A stretch of 64,000 bases of DNA from assembly GCA_030167865.1 (NCBI GenBank), contig JALAGF010006097.1, forward strand, positions 1 to 64,000, given 5' to 3'. Positions 33,659-43,970 of the stretch are shown here, piece by piece (position 1 is the first letter of the stretch; each line of letters starts with the position of its first letter). The position numbers and the translations under genes were made by a program. The stretch comes from Craspedostauros australis. Lineage: Eukaryota. The notes below the pieces were generated by a model. That model did not search any database. It was given only the letters and a program-made list of their open reading frames with translations, and was not told the DNA's origin.

Positions 33659-36382
33659 ATGGTAGAAAGCGAGCCATTGTACGACCCACTACAGTCCACT
33701 ACCAATTGCCATCGAAAGCCACTTGACATCGACATCGACGGAAGCAAGGAGACGACTCATCAGTCTAATGCAGGACGCATAAGAGAAGAAGAGAGCGGAG
33801 CAGCAAAGATGACGGTGCATAACCCACGGGATGCCAAGCGCGCAAGGATCAGCGATGAGTTGGAGGTCAAGCGACCTCAAGTGGACGATGGTGATGCTGG
33901 GGCTGTTGCTGGTGGTTCGCGCCATGGCGATGGGTCTCACGATAGCGAAGACGACTCGACGACGATGAGGGCAGTACACGATCTCTGCCTTCAATCCGGG
34001 CTGCCGACAGCGATCATCCAAGATGGAACCGTCGGCAGTTCCGTTCACAAATTGCGCTCCATCTTCCAGCGTGTAGGCGTTCGGACGTCGCTGCTATGCT
34101 CGCCGAGACCTGCGGTGTCGATCTACAAGAAATCTATGGCCGACTGCATGTCCAACGGAACTGCGCAGGAGTCGTGCGACTTGGTACATACGAGCCGACT
34201 GTATCTCGTCACGATGATGGGTCTCCATCCGCAGCAGCAGCAGCTGGAACAGATCTTCCAACGAGACTGCAGAGCAGCGTACATCTGCATCGCATTCTGT
34301 CAACGCTTGCGGGAGGTGTGTTCGGAGGCTTTGAATATTGCACAAATCCGTTCGGAGGTTGAAACGCTTGAAGGGTCCTGCAAAATCAATTTGTCCTGCG
34401 CATCCACATCCAAAGTGAGTGTGACGGGAGCAGCAACAGCTGAAGCCATCGACACGAACGAACATGTCACGAGCTCCACCACCCCAGCAGATAAACAACA
34501 GCAACGGATGGACAAGCTCATTGATGTCATCTGCCATCAAAGCCGCAACAGCACCATCCAGTCTTCGCAGTTGCGACGAGAGTTGGAACTCGTCATGGCA
34601 CAGAGCAGTACGCTGTCAAATGTCCTCGTGAATCGCTTCCAACGTGATCTATCCTGCACCATCACCGGCATGATGTTTCGACCATCCAGCGATGCAAACT
34701 TTGACAGAATCACCGTGTACCTGTACGATCCAGCCATCGACACGACAAGACCATCCTCGCTCTTTCAGTTCCTCCCATCGCAATGGATCATTCTGCAGCA
34801 TGGCATCATCAAACTCGTCGATGAGATGATGACCACCTTCTGGGGAGCATTGGAACACAACGGGTACATTTGCTCATCAAACTTTCGTCAACAACTTCAC
34901 GGCGATTTGCGGAGATTCTTGCTTTGGGGCATCTGCGCAGCGCCGGAGGCATCTGCAACATCATCATCCGAATCTTCGACTTCCATCACCAACGACATAC
35001 TCGTATCACAACCAATCTACCTCCATGCGCACTTCGAACCGACATCGCCACTTGCACTGTACATTCACGGCAGAGCAGGTTGCGGCAAGTCATCCTTCGT
35101 GCGACACTTCCCGCCGGCACTATCCGAAGCCATCGCGGCGCATCTCGATTCCAACCTGATGGTCCGTTTCATCAAGCAAAACTTGAACAAACCACATGAT
35201 GTGCTCAATTCCGACTTCGAATTGCGTCCCAACAACAATGACATGTCCATCATGGGCATTATCCAGCAACGGCGCATGACACGCACTCAGAATAAACCGG
35301 GGCTGGTCGTGCTGGGCATGGAGGAAATGCCAAGCGACCCGGATCAGACCAACGTCACTCAGATGATCCATCAACGATTTTCAGGTCGGCACTACAGCAG
35401 CGAGGATGCGGCAGCAAACCTGGGCAGAGCTAACCAAAGCGTGCCGCGCAACTCTGACAAACGCGGAATCCACAAGGATCGTTCCATCGTCACCATCTAC
35501 ACGTCCAATTACAAGCTCGAAGAGGATTGCGGCAACATGCTGCGTCGTCTTCCCATGTTCCAAACGTTGTCCACAATCACGTTGCAAGCGATTTCCGGTC
35601 AAGATCAGAAACAATTCTACGAAATGTACCTGACGAGATTGGTGGAACAAACGGCCAAAGCATCCAACGTCTTCGTGCGATTGGATGGTGGCCACAATGA
35701 CGACGACAGCGACATCCGAACCATCGTCCAACAAATTCGAATGGTCGGATACTACGTGCGGAAGATGATGCAGACCTTACCGCACACTCCAACGTTGACC
35801 GTTCAGGTTCAATTTCGTCCCAACGACAACAACATCGCTCTCCTGGTGGGACATGACCGTCTGGAGCTTCGCAAGGACCCCTCGGGCATTCTGCATCTCC
35901 ACGAATCTGATTCTCATTCCCATTCCAACATGTCCGTTCCATTCAATTGCAGGACTGTGCTGGACTATTGGAAGAATCACATACTGACCCCCACCGTCAT
36001 TGTCATCTGCAACAATCCAACCAAACACCAGAAACTCTGGAAGTCCATCCAAACCATGAGAGGTGCCGCTTGCCTGCCACAAACCATCCGTCCGTCGCAG
36101 CACAAAATGATGAAGAATCTTTACGATTCCACACAAACGACGAATTTGCGCGACGATCTGCTCGCGTTGCAACGCCACAACGATTGCATCGCCGTGGCCA
36201 TGGAATGTGACGACGCATCGGAGCAATGGATGATTCGCGAGATGGTGGAGGATACTCCATCCATGACGGCATTCTCATCAGCGTCATCGGCGTTGCAGAA
36301 GCATGGATTGCTGTTTGTGATTCACATCGTGGGAGAATTGACGCCGGAAATCCAATCGCGAGCATCGTTGGTGATGTCGTGA
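33659..36382 (+). CDS. P-loop AAA+ ATPase-like protein (Lon-type AAA module, no protease domain)
   Basis: Long uninterrupted ORF (33533..36382; start uncertain). Walker A LYIHGRAGCGKSS, Walker B-like LVVLGMEE, and sensor-1-like IYTSN. Confidence 0.65.
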   Translation: MVESEPLYDPLQSTTNCHRKPLDIDIDGSKETTHQSNAGRIREEESGAAKMTVHNPRDAKRARISDELEVKRPQVDDGDAGAVAGGSRHGDGSHDSEDDSTTMRAVHDLCLQSGLPTAIIQDGTVGSSVHKLRSIFQRVGVRTSLLCSPRPAVSIYKKSMADCMSNGTAQESCDLVHTSRLYLVTMMGLHPQQQQLEQIFQRDCRAAYICIAFCQRLREVCSEALNIAQIRSEVETLEGSCKINLSCASTSKVSVTGAATAEAIDTNEHVTSSTTPADKQQQRMDKLIDVICHQSRNSTIQSSQLRRELELVMAQSSTLSNVLVNRFQRDLSCTITGMMFRPSSDANFDRITVYLYDPAIDTTRPSSLFQFLPSQWIILQHGIIKLVDEMMTTFWGALEHNGYICSSNFRQQLHGDLRRFLLWGICAAPEASATSSSESSTSITNDILVSQPIYLHAHFEPTSPLALYIHGRAGCGKSSFVRHFPPALSEAIAAHLDSNLMVRFIKQNLNKPHDVLNSDFELRPNNNDMSIMGIIQQRRMTRTQNKPGLVVLGMEEMPSDPDQTNVTQMIHQRFSGRHYSSEDAAANLGRANQSVPRNSDKRGIHKDRSIVTIYTSNYKLEEDCGNMLRRLPMFQTLSTITLQAISGQDQKQFYEMYLTRLVEQTAKASNVFVRLDGGHNDDDSDIRTIVQQIRMVGYYVRKMMQTLPHTPTLTVQVQFRPNDNNIALLVGHDRLELRKDPSGILHLHESDSHSHSNMSVPFNCRTVLDYWKNHILTPTVIVICNNPTKHQKLWKSIQTMRGAACLPQTIRPSQHKMMKNLYDSTQTTNLRDDLLALQRHNDCIAVAMECDDASEQWMIREMVEDTPSMTAFSSASSALQKHGLLFVIHIVGELTPEIQSRASLVMS

Positions 36383-36638
36383 TTGTCCACGGTGCGAATG
36401 TCTAGGATGCGATGTGCTTTCCTCACCAGATCCAACCCCAACACCCAAAAGCCCGAATCTGCGTGACAGCTCAGCAAATGGCAAGGCATCACGTCGGCCA
36501 CAATCCAGACCAACCAGTTTCGTGTGCAAAGATGGTGGTCATCAACGCTCTGAGGAGAACCTACGACTAACCATTTCGAAGTTGCTTTACTAAGATTAAC
36601 ACTCTAATTATCATCAACATCAGTTCTAATCGCTAAGT

Positions 36639-39600
36639 TCACGCTCTAACAAGGATGCCCTTCTTGTCCTCTTCGAAGTCATCTAACAGGCCTTCGTTGT
36701 GGACGGCTTCAAAGGCCGCTGTGCCGTCTGTTCCGGCCAGCTTGATGATGGACTCGGCGCCAGCGGGATGCTCATCGGCAAAGTCCGTGAAGTCGTAGAT
36801 GGTGCCATGGACCGCCACCCACAGATCATCCACCGTGTTGTGCGTTGCCAGCTCTGCGGCCGTGATGGATGGAAGCTGTTTGACCGCCTTGGATTGCGTG
36901 GTCGCCGCTTTTGATCCCACATTGTGCGAGGACCGGTCCGTGGTGGCCTTCACTGGCAGTTTCATGCCCACGATGGTGCCGTAGACGGTGCATTCGAGCA
37001 GGGAGTTGCCGCCCAACCGGTTGTTGCCGTGCACGCCGCCAGTCACTTCACCGGCAGCATGGAGACCCTCGATGTAAGTGCCATCATCACGCAGCACATT
37101 GCCATCGTGGTCGATCTTGATGCCACCCATGCAGTAATGCAGGACCGGCGTCACTCTTCCGGCATAGAAAGTCTCCTTCGACAGATTTTTGCCGGCCACA
37201 CCACGGAACGACGTCTTGCCGTACTCGTCGCTGCCTGATAGCGCGGCGAATTGATACTCTTTGATGGTGGAGACGAGCTTGCTCTTCTTGATCCCAGTGT
37301 GCTTGGCCAGTGCATCGATGCCTTCGAGCTTGGTCAGCAAACCCTTGTGGGTGTACAGATCGACGTGCTTCTTGCCATCCGCCGCTGCTTCGGAAGCGAG
37401 GATGAGATTGAAGGTTGGGACTTCGGAGCTCGGGTCCCACTTGCCGGTCTTGGTGTAATTGGCATTGTGGGACAACATCTTGTCCGTGACGTACGCTCTC
37501 GTTCCCAGCTCGTTGCAAAAGCGTTGGCCATCATCGTTGATGAGCATGCCGCCGACGCCACGCATCAGTTCGGCTGCCAGGATCTTGCTGGGGTTGTGCG
37601 GATCTTTGGGATCGATCCAGCCGGTTGGATGGATCTGGACCTTGTCCATGTCACGCGTCGCCGCGCCCAGTGTTGTAGCTAGTGTGATGCCGTCTCCGGT
37701 GGAGAACGCACCGGCCGTAGCAGGCATGGACATGAACTCGGGTCTGTGCCGTTCGAGGTAGGAACCGTTGGATCTGTCCGCGGCGAACCCGCCCGTGGCG
37801 AGGACAACATTGTCGGCGAGAATATCGGTGGGCCCGTTCGGCGTTTCGCACGAGACACCAATGACGCGATCACCCTGCGTCACGAGCTTCATGACTTTCG
37901 TGTCGACCATGATCTTGACTTGACCCGTCTTTTCGTAGGCGCGCACTGCCTTTTGGATGTGGTAGATGATCTCGGCGCCCGCCATGCCGTTGCTGGGACG
38001 GTGCGTGCGCTTGTAGGAGTGACCACCGAGCTGCGCGAGGAGGGACAGATCCACGCCGACGCGGTTCTTCAACCATTGCACGGCGTCGCCGCTGTTCGTG
38101 ACGAGCGTCTCGATCAAGTCGAGATCGGCGACTTCACCGGCGGATTTGATGGTGTCGTTGCGGAAGCTGTCGATAAAGTCTCCATAGGTTTGGTTTTGCG
38201 GACAGCAGGCGTTGATGCCGGAGCTGGCCTTGTTGGAGTTGCCGCCAAGAAGATGCTCCTTCTCGACGATCACGACGGAACCGCCACGGTCCAGGATGTT
38301 GAGGGCGGCGGACAATCCCGCCAACCCGCTGCCGACGATGACGGCATCTGGCTGAGGCGGTTCAGTAGCTTCCTGATCGGGGAGCGATCCGATCGACCGT
38401 GCCAGGAGCAGGAAACGATCGGTGTCCTCGCTGTAGTGCTTGGCCAGCACGAGAAGCTCTGGATGTCGCTGCAGCGCGAGGTCGATGAGTTCCGTCTCTC
38501 GATCCACCGAGATGCGGCCTTCCCGGCCCAGGGAGGAGATCAATCCCACGACGATGTCGAGCAAATCGAAGGAATCCACCGTGAGAGCACCCGATTTGGA
38601 CGTGTCCGGCGGTGTGACGGCCTCCAGTGCCTGCACCTTCTTGTGCTGCGTCTCCCAGTACAGCGATGTCAATTCCCGCACCTCGACGATACTCTCGGAG
38701 AGGCGCGCGATGGTGTTGATCAGGGCGACGACCTCGTTGCGTTCCAACGTGAGGAGGTCCTGCGGTACGAATAGAATCTTCAATGCAGTGCCGTATCCCA
38801 GCATGGCCATCTTGCCGTGCAGCTTGCATTGCTGACACTGGACGCAGTCCAAGATGCTGGAGATGTTGTGGAAGACGCCCTTGAAGTTCTGCTGCAGGCT
38901 GACGACGTCGCCCGACGATTCGTGGAACATGACCGATTCATCGAAGGCGGAGAAGACGCTGCTGCAGGAGCGCAGGATGGCTGAGTCCAGCAACCGCTTG
39001 AGGAGGATCGATGCGGCGTCATCCTCCACGCTGTTGCCCGTGTGGATTGGGTAGTCGTAGAGGTGGCTGGACGCCTTTCGGACGGCACGCAGCATGACGA
39101 CGTAGGCGAAGTGGAGATTGCGAATGTACTCTGGATGGTCCTGGAACTTGTCCATGAAGTACTCCGGGTTGGCCTCGTAGGAGGTGCGGTTCTTCTTCTT
39201 GGACGGCGGGTAGTAGTTCTTGGCGATGCTGAGCGTGGTGGAGGTGTGCAGACCACTGATGAGACGGTAGAGGATGCGTTCTTCGAGACACATCTCCTGC
39301 TGTGAGTTCTGCGCGATGCAATTCTCCTCGTAAATGGCGTCCCAGATATGCTTGCCGTCGTAGGCCGTGTTGCGCTCTGGATTCTTTGCGAGGTCGACGA
39401 CCTTGGTGGTGTCGCCGGCGTTGATGTTGGAGCAGATGTCCATCCAGAAATGCTCCGGCAACGGATCGTCGTCATCCCCATCGCATGGTTCTGCCTCGCC
39501 GACGACCATGTCGGTCTGCTTCTTCCATGCGAAGGCATCCTGCTGTTGCTGCGAGTGGAATCCCTCCCGCTGAATTGAGTTCAGTGCGTTGGATTCCAGA

Positions 39601-40268
39601 TCATCGTATGCTGCCGAAGACTTCGATTTGGACGAGGATGTTGCTGGTGTTGCGGAACTCGATCCCATACCGCCGCCAAAGCCTGACGAGGCTCCAAAAC
39701 CAAATCCGAAATCTCCCATGGCATCATCGCTTCCCGTATCAACGGTGCAGAGCGGTTCGGCATCGTCATCGAGCTCATCCGCTCCACCAGAACACTCGAA
39801 TTCGTCCTCCTCTGGTTCTGTACTTCCCAAAGGTGGTGTTGCCTCCGTTGTGCTAGTGCTAGTGCTAGTGCTCGTGCTGCTGCTGCTAGTGCTACTGCTG
39901 CTGCTGGACACACCACCCTTGGTATCGGCATGCACTTTCGTCGATTGCAGCGGACAGTTGTGTTCCAAGTCCACAACGAAGTTTCGGAAGAATGCCTGGT
40001 GCTTCAATTCGTTGAGAATGGAATGCAACTGCGAATCGTTGGCCTTCTCCAGATCCTCCATCTGGCACAGCGTATCATCGATCTGTCCTGTTGGGAACAC
40101 CGTGTCGGGCATCCAGGTCGGCGATGCGGATCTGCGCCATTCATTATTGGTGTTGGGAGAAGTCTCCTTGGCCAAGCGCGTGGGAGAATCCAGAGCACGG
40201 ATGAGGCAAGGTGCCATCAATGCGAGCAGCATGGTTGCCGCATGCTGCGCTCTGTGTCGTCTACTCAT
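36639..40268 (-). CDS. ERO1: ERO1 oxidoreductin - soluble fumarate reductase - cytochrome b5 fusion protein
   Basis: Single ORF 36639..40436; likely ATG at 40268 before the signal peptide MLLALMAPCLIRA, although upstream ATGs exist. Ero1: VDLAKNPERNTAY, IWDAIYEENC, CLEERILYRLISGLHTS, ISSILDCVQCQQCKLHGK, LERNEVVALIN. FRD: VIVGSGLAG, GGNSNKASSGINA, VQIHPTG, LHYCMGG, GNNRLGGNSLLEC. b5: WVAVHGTIYDFTDFADEHPAG...AFEAVH. Confidence 0.95.
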   Translation of the reverse strand: MSRRHRAQHAATMLLALMAPCLIRALDSPTRLAKETSPNTNNEWRRSASPTWMPDTVFPTGQIDDTLCQMEDLEKANDSQLHSILNELKHQAFFRNFVVDLEHNCPLQSTKVHADTKGGVSSSSSSTSSSSTSTSTSTSTTEATPPLGSTEPEEDEFECSGGADELDDDAEPLCTVDTGSDDAMGDFGFGFGASSGFGGGMGSSSATPATSSSKSKSSAAYDDLESNALNSIQREGFHSQQQQDAFAWKKQTDMVVGEAEPCDGDDDDPLPEHFWMDICSNINAGDTTKVVDLAKNPERNTAYDGKHIWDAIYEENCIAQNSQQEMCLEERILYRLISGLHTSTTLSIAKNYYPPSKKKNRTSYEANPEYFMDKFQDHPEYIRNLHFAYVVMLRAVRKASSHLYDYPIHTGNSVEDDAASILLKRLLDSAILRSCSSVFSAFDESVMFHESSGDVVSLQQNFKGVFHNISSILDCVQCQQCKLHGKMAMLGYGTALKILFVPQDLLTLERNEVVALINTIARLSESIVEVRELTSLYWETQHKKVQALEAVTPPDTSKSGALTVDSFDLLDIVVGLISSLGREGRISVDRETELIDLALQRHPELLVLAKHYSEDTDRFLLLARSIGSLPDQEATEPPQPDAVIVGSGLAGLSAALNILDRGGSVVIVEKEHLLGGNSNKASSGINACCPQNQTYGDFIDSFRNDTIKSAGEVADLDLIETLVTNSGDAVQWLKNRVGVDLSLLAQLGGHSYKRTHRPSNGMAGAEIIYHIQKAVRAYEKTGQVKIMVDTKVMKLVTQGDRVIGVSCETPNGPTDILADNVVLATGGFAADRSNGSYLERHRPEFMSMPATAGAFSTGDGITLATTLGAATRDMDKVQIHPTGWIDPKDPHNPSKILAAELMRGVGGMLINDDGQRFCNELGTRAYVTDKMLSHNANYTKTGKWDPSSEVPTFNLILASEAAADGKKHVDLYTHKGLLTKLEGIDALAKHTGIKKSKLVSTIKEYQFAALSGSDEYGKTSFRGVAGKNLSKETFYAGRVTPVLHYCMGGIKIDHDGNVLRDDGTYIEGLHAAGEVTGGVHGNNRLGGNSLLECTVYGTIVGMKLPVKATTDRSSHNVGSKAATTQSKAVKQLPSITAAELATHNTVDDLWVAVHGTIYDFTDFADEHPAGAESIIKLAGTDGTAAFEAVHNEGLLDDFEEDKKGILVRA

Positions 40269-41183
40269 CGATGTGCTCGCATGGGTGGTGGAGGTCTTGA
40301 GCGAACCGTCATCCATGCTGTTCGCGATAGTGGTGGCTGCGTCATTTCTCATTCCGTCGGATGTCTGCCCCTCCAGTGCTTGGCGAGCACAAGCTGAGGT
40401 GCTTGTCATCGTTTGCTTGGGGGCAGGCCTCTGCAAGAATGCGAGGTGTGAAGTGAGGAGATAGAGTACTCGTACTGTATTGTTACGTTGATGACTGTGT
40501 TTGCGATTGTGTTTGTGTCTGTTGTGGTTTTGTGGCTATGCAATCATTCCTCCATCGTCATCACATTCGTTGCGTCATGATTTTTCGCATTGGTGTGGGA
40601 GGATTCGCTGTTGAACCATCCTCACTCTCCAGTTTCGCACTCTCCCTGTGCAGTTTTGAGCGGTATCAACGTCTCTTCTTTTTGGATCGGTGCGCGAAGG
40701 TGACAGCTCAGCCGTGTTTAGACTTCGATTTGGTTCCTTCTTGCAAACGTGTCCCGTAGACGTGCGACTCAACTCAAAATGTTACGTGGAAGACAACAAG
40801 GATAGGGAATGGTATGTTCGTGATTGGATACGCTGTTTTGGATCCATTTGGAGATAATAATAAATTACCATCACGACTCCCAACACAGCACGAACAAAAA
40901 CAAAACACGAAGCAAAACCAAACGGCAAAGCAGAAGACAAATTCGCCGCGTCCAAAGTCACACAAACAGAGAGCAACGGTCGACAACTTCGTGAAGAGTC
41001 CAAAGAGAGACAGAGAGAGGAGGCTGTTACAGGCATCACAACAACCGCATCATCCTCGTTGGCGTGGACATGCATCGTAATCGAAGATAGATATTATACC
41101 TACAATAACGACACAGCAACAGACACATCAATCGCATATTGACAAGCAGCAACAGACGCACAGACAGACAAACAATCTCCACA

Positions 41184-42230
41184 ATGACAAGAACAATGAT
41201 GAAATGCCTCGCCGTCTCCCTCCTCCTGGCCTGCTTCGGCACGACCCGGGCGCAGGGTCAGGACGACATCATAGGCGCGCCATTGGGGACATGGGAAGGA
41301 TGCGGCACGGGTGGCATCACCATCGGAAAGTCCACCACAGTCTGCCTGGTCATTTCCAACGGTCCCAATTGGCAGGAAGGGCAACGCAAGTACATGAGGC
41401 TCAATTTCAACCCCACCGCAGATGAATATACACGATTCCATGTGCCACAATGTGAGTGATTGGGTGTCGTGCTGGATAACGCCTTTGGCAGCGGTGTTGT
41501 TGCTGCTGTTCGTGCCAAAACCATGCTGTTTCTGCTGTTGTTGCGAACTGGCAGATGCACGATCCACGCAAATTCGTCTTCCCTTCCTCACCCTCATCTT
41601 TCACGGACTCGTACTCGTGCATATAATGCGTACGCGCATGTGGCACATTTGGATGATACACCTCCCAACCATTTCCACTTCGTTTTCGCATGACCTTCTG
41701 CTGCAGCATTCCAACACTTGGCGGTGGACACAAACAATGCACTCACGGACACATTCTCGGGACGCAATGTCACTGTCCATGTGGCATCGCAACGAGCAAT
41801 CTCCATGCAACGCATCTACTACGACAACGGCAACGAGATCTTCCCTCACCTCACCGCGGTCATTGACGTCAAGGACGGCGTCGCCCGCGGCATCGCCTGG
41901 GATGATGCCTGCGTCTTCTGCACCAAGAAGGAATGCAAGGAGAACACCTACGACTTCAGCGGCAATCGGGGCACCTCCTCGGACCTCAGACAACCCACCA
42001 AGGGCTGCCTCATCGAGAAGTCGGAGTGCGTCACGTTCGATGCCGCAGGCCGCACGGACTGCGACCTCATCCTCTACGTTGTGTGGACGGGCACCGACTC
42101 CAAGGGCGAAGCCTTCCAGAGCTCGGCCTACCGATTCTCCGCCTTCCCCGCGCAGGAGCTGTCGGATCGATTCAGCCAGAACCTGCCGGATATTCCAACT
42201 CTTCCGGGCACCGGCGGCGACGACAATTAG
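41184..42230 (+). CDS. Secreted cysteine-rich protein of unknown function
   Basis: Signal peptide MKCLAVSLLLACFGTTRA. Exons 41184-41451 and 41707-42230 splice in frame (VPQ-S-FQHL). Cys-rich region WDDACVFC...C...C...C...CDLILYVVWTGTD. Confidence 0.8.
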
Positions 42231-42379
42231 GTTGGGACGCTGTTACTGTAGTTAGTGTAATTCTGTTATACTCTTCTATTTTGCCGCAATTGTACCACAT
42301 CGCAATCGTGGACGTCCACGTCCGACGGTGTCGAATGATTGCAATCGCCGTGTGCGTCCGCACCATGGCCACCCACCGA

Positions 42380-43614
42380 TCACGTCGCCACCAACTCTTT
42401 GGGATCATAAATGTGAACCTCACCACGTTGCGATGCCAGTTCGATCTGCCGTTGCCGCGATTCGAACCGCTCCTTCTGCTTCTCCGTCAATTCATCAACA
42501 CAGTATCGACATTGCAACCCCTTAAGATAATCCTCACGTTTCAAATCCTGCGTCGACAATGGATGCCGACACGCATAACAGCTCGACGTGTACGTCGTTG
42601 ATGGATGCAGCCCATGCGTCACGGCGATGCGCTGATCAAAGACGTAGCATTCGCCGTCAAAGAGTGACGATTCTTGTGGAATCTCGTCCAAATAGGCCAG
42701 GATCCCACCTTCCAAATGATAGACGGGGGTGTCCTTGTGATTGGACACCAGTTGCATGCAGGCGCTCGTCGCCTTTTCGCAACGAATTCCGCCCGTGCCT
42801 GATATCATGGAATATAATATTATAGAATGCAATCATGTGAGACGACGACGCAAACGCAACAATTTGAACAATCGCCATGCACACGCCATTGCACAACTTC
42901 CGAACACTCACAAAACATGGCAATCTTCTGCGGACTGGCATCGCCTTGTAATCGCTGCTGCATCCATTCTGGAAATTCTGTGAAACTGTACGTGTTGGGA
43001 TTCACGGCATTGCGGAAGGTCCCGACCTGCACTTCGTAGTCGTTGCGTGTGTCGATGACCAAGCAATCGGGGTCCAGCAGCAGATCGTTCCATCGCGATG
43101 GTGGCACGTAAGTGCCGACGCGTGTGGTGGGACAGCACAGATCTTGGCGATGCATCGAGACGATTTCTTGCTTGACCTTGATCTTGAGTCTCGTGAAGAC
43201 CGGATACGGGGCGATCGAGATGCGGATGCGGAGGCCGCCGTTGACGATGGATTGGATGTATCGCAACACGTCGTCGTGATCTTCGTTGCTGTTATTGCTG
43301 TGACCATCATCAACAGCGTCGTGCGGATAACAGATGGTTCCGTTGATGCCTTCTTCGGCAAGCAACAAGGTACCTCGACATTTGTGTGATCGGCACTTGG
43401 CGTCCAAAGCAGCCTGAATCGTTTTCAGTTGATCCTTCGGTAGCGGTGGTGTCACGAACTTGTACAGTGCCAGGACTCGATAGGATTGGCTCGATGATGG
43501 CGATTGTGGCTGCGTCTGTTGCTCGCCAGCGTCTGCCGTCGCAGTCGACATCGTGGCTGCTGTCATCGTTACTTCTTGTGGGCACAGGGAGGAAGGAAAG
43601 CAACCATCAACCAT
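42380..43614 (-). CDS. trhO: TrhO/YceA (UPF0176) rhodanese-domain tRNA U34 hydroxylase
   Basis: Exons ~43614-42912 and 42798-42380; splicing restores the active-site loop MFCTGGIRCEK. Other motifs: GTLLLAEEGINGT, IDTRNDYE, VYHLEGGILAYL, GECYVFDQR and the Cys motif CYAC...CRYC. Start uncertain. Confidence 0.92.
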
Positions 43615-43970
43615 TGCGCCCGTTGTGCATTGCAGGTTGTCGTGACCAAAAGAGGGAGTTCGGATCTCCGTTTGTTGGTGGTTTGCTTGGCACAGAAACG
43701 CACAGGCGAACAGACAGATGTGGTGGCACTCTGACTGACACAAAAACTGCGCCGACATTCGTGACGGAGGTATCGCCCTCCGGCTGTTGTTGTTTGAATC
43801 GCGACAGTGCTCGGAGTTATCCTACTATAATCTGATGTTACTAGAGTGGTCCTCGCTTGGCGCATCATGGCAAAGCGAGCGGTTGCAGCTTGAGCCAATT
43901 CACTTCATTTCGTAGCGTGGTTTTGTTCGATCTCGTCGTCTTAGTATTCCTAGCATTTTGACATCGATGA

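Noticed and set aside
37746..40464. Long + strand ORFs (342 aa and 291 aa) overlapping the Ero1 fusion
   Set aside because: Antisense shadows of a codon-biased gene; the poly-LV stretch mirrors the Ser/Thr repeat.
27728..43614. Idea that cobQ, ankyrin, AAA+, the Ero1 fusion and trhO form one operon-like HGT island or contaminant
   Set aside because: The genes lie on mixed strands, several have spliceosomal introns, Ero1 is eukaryote-specific, and no shared pathway or mobility genes are evident.
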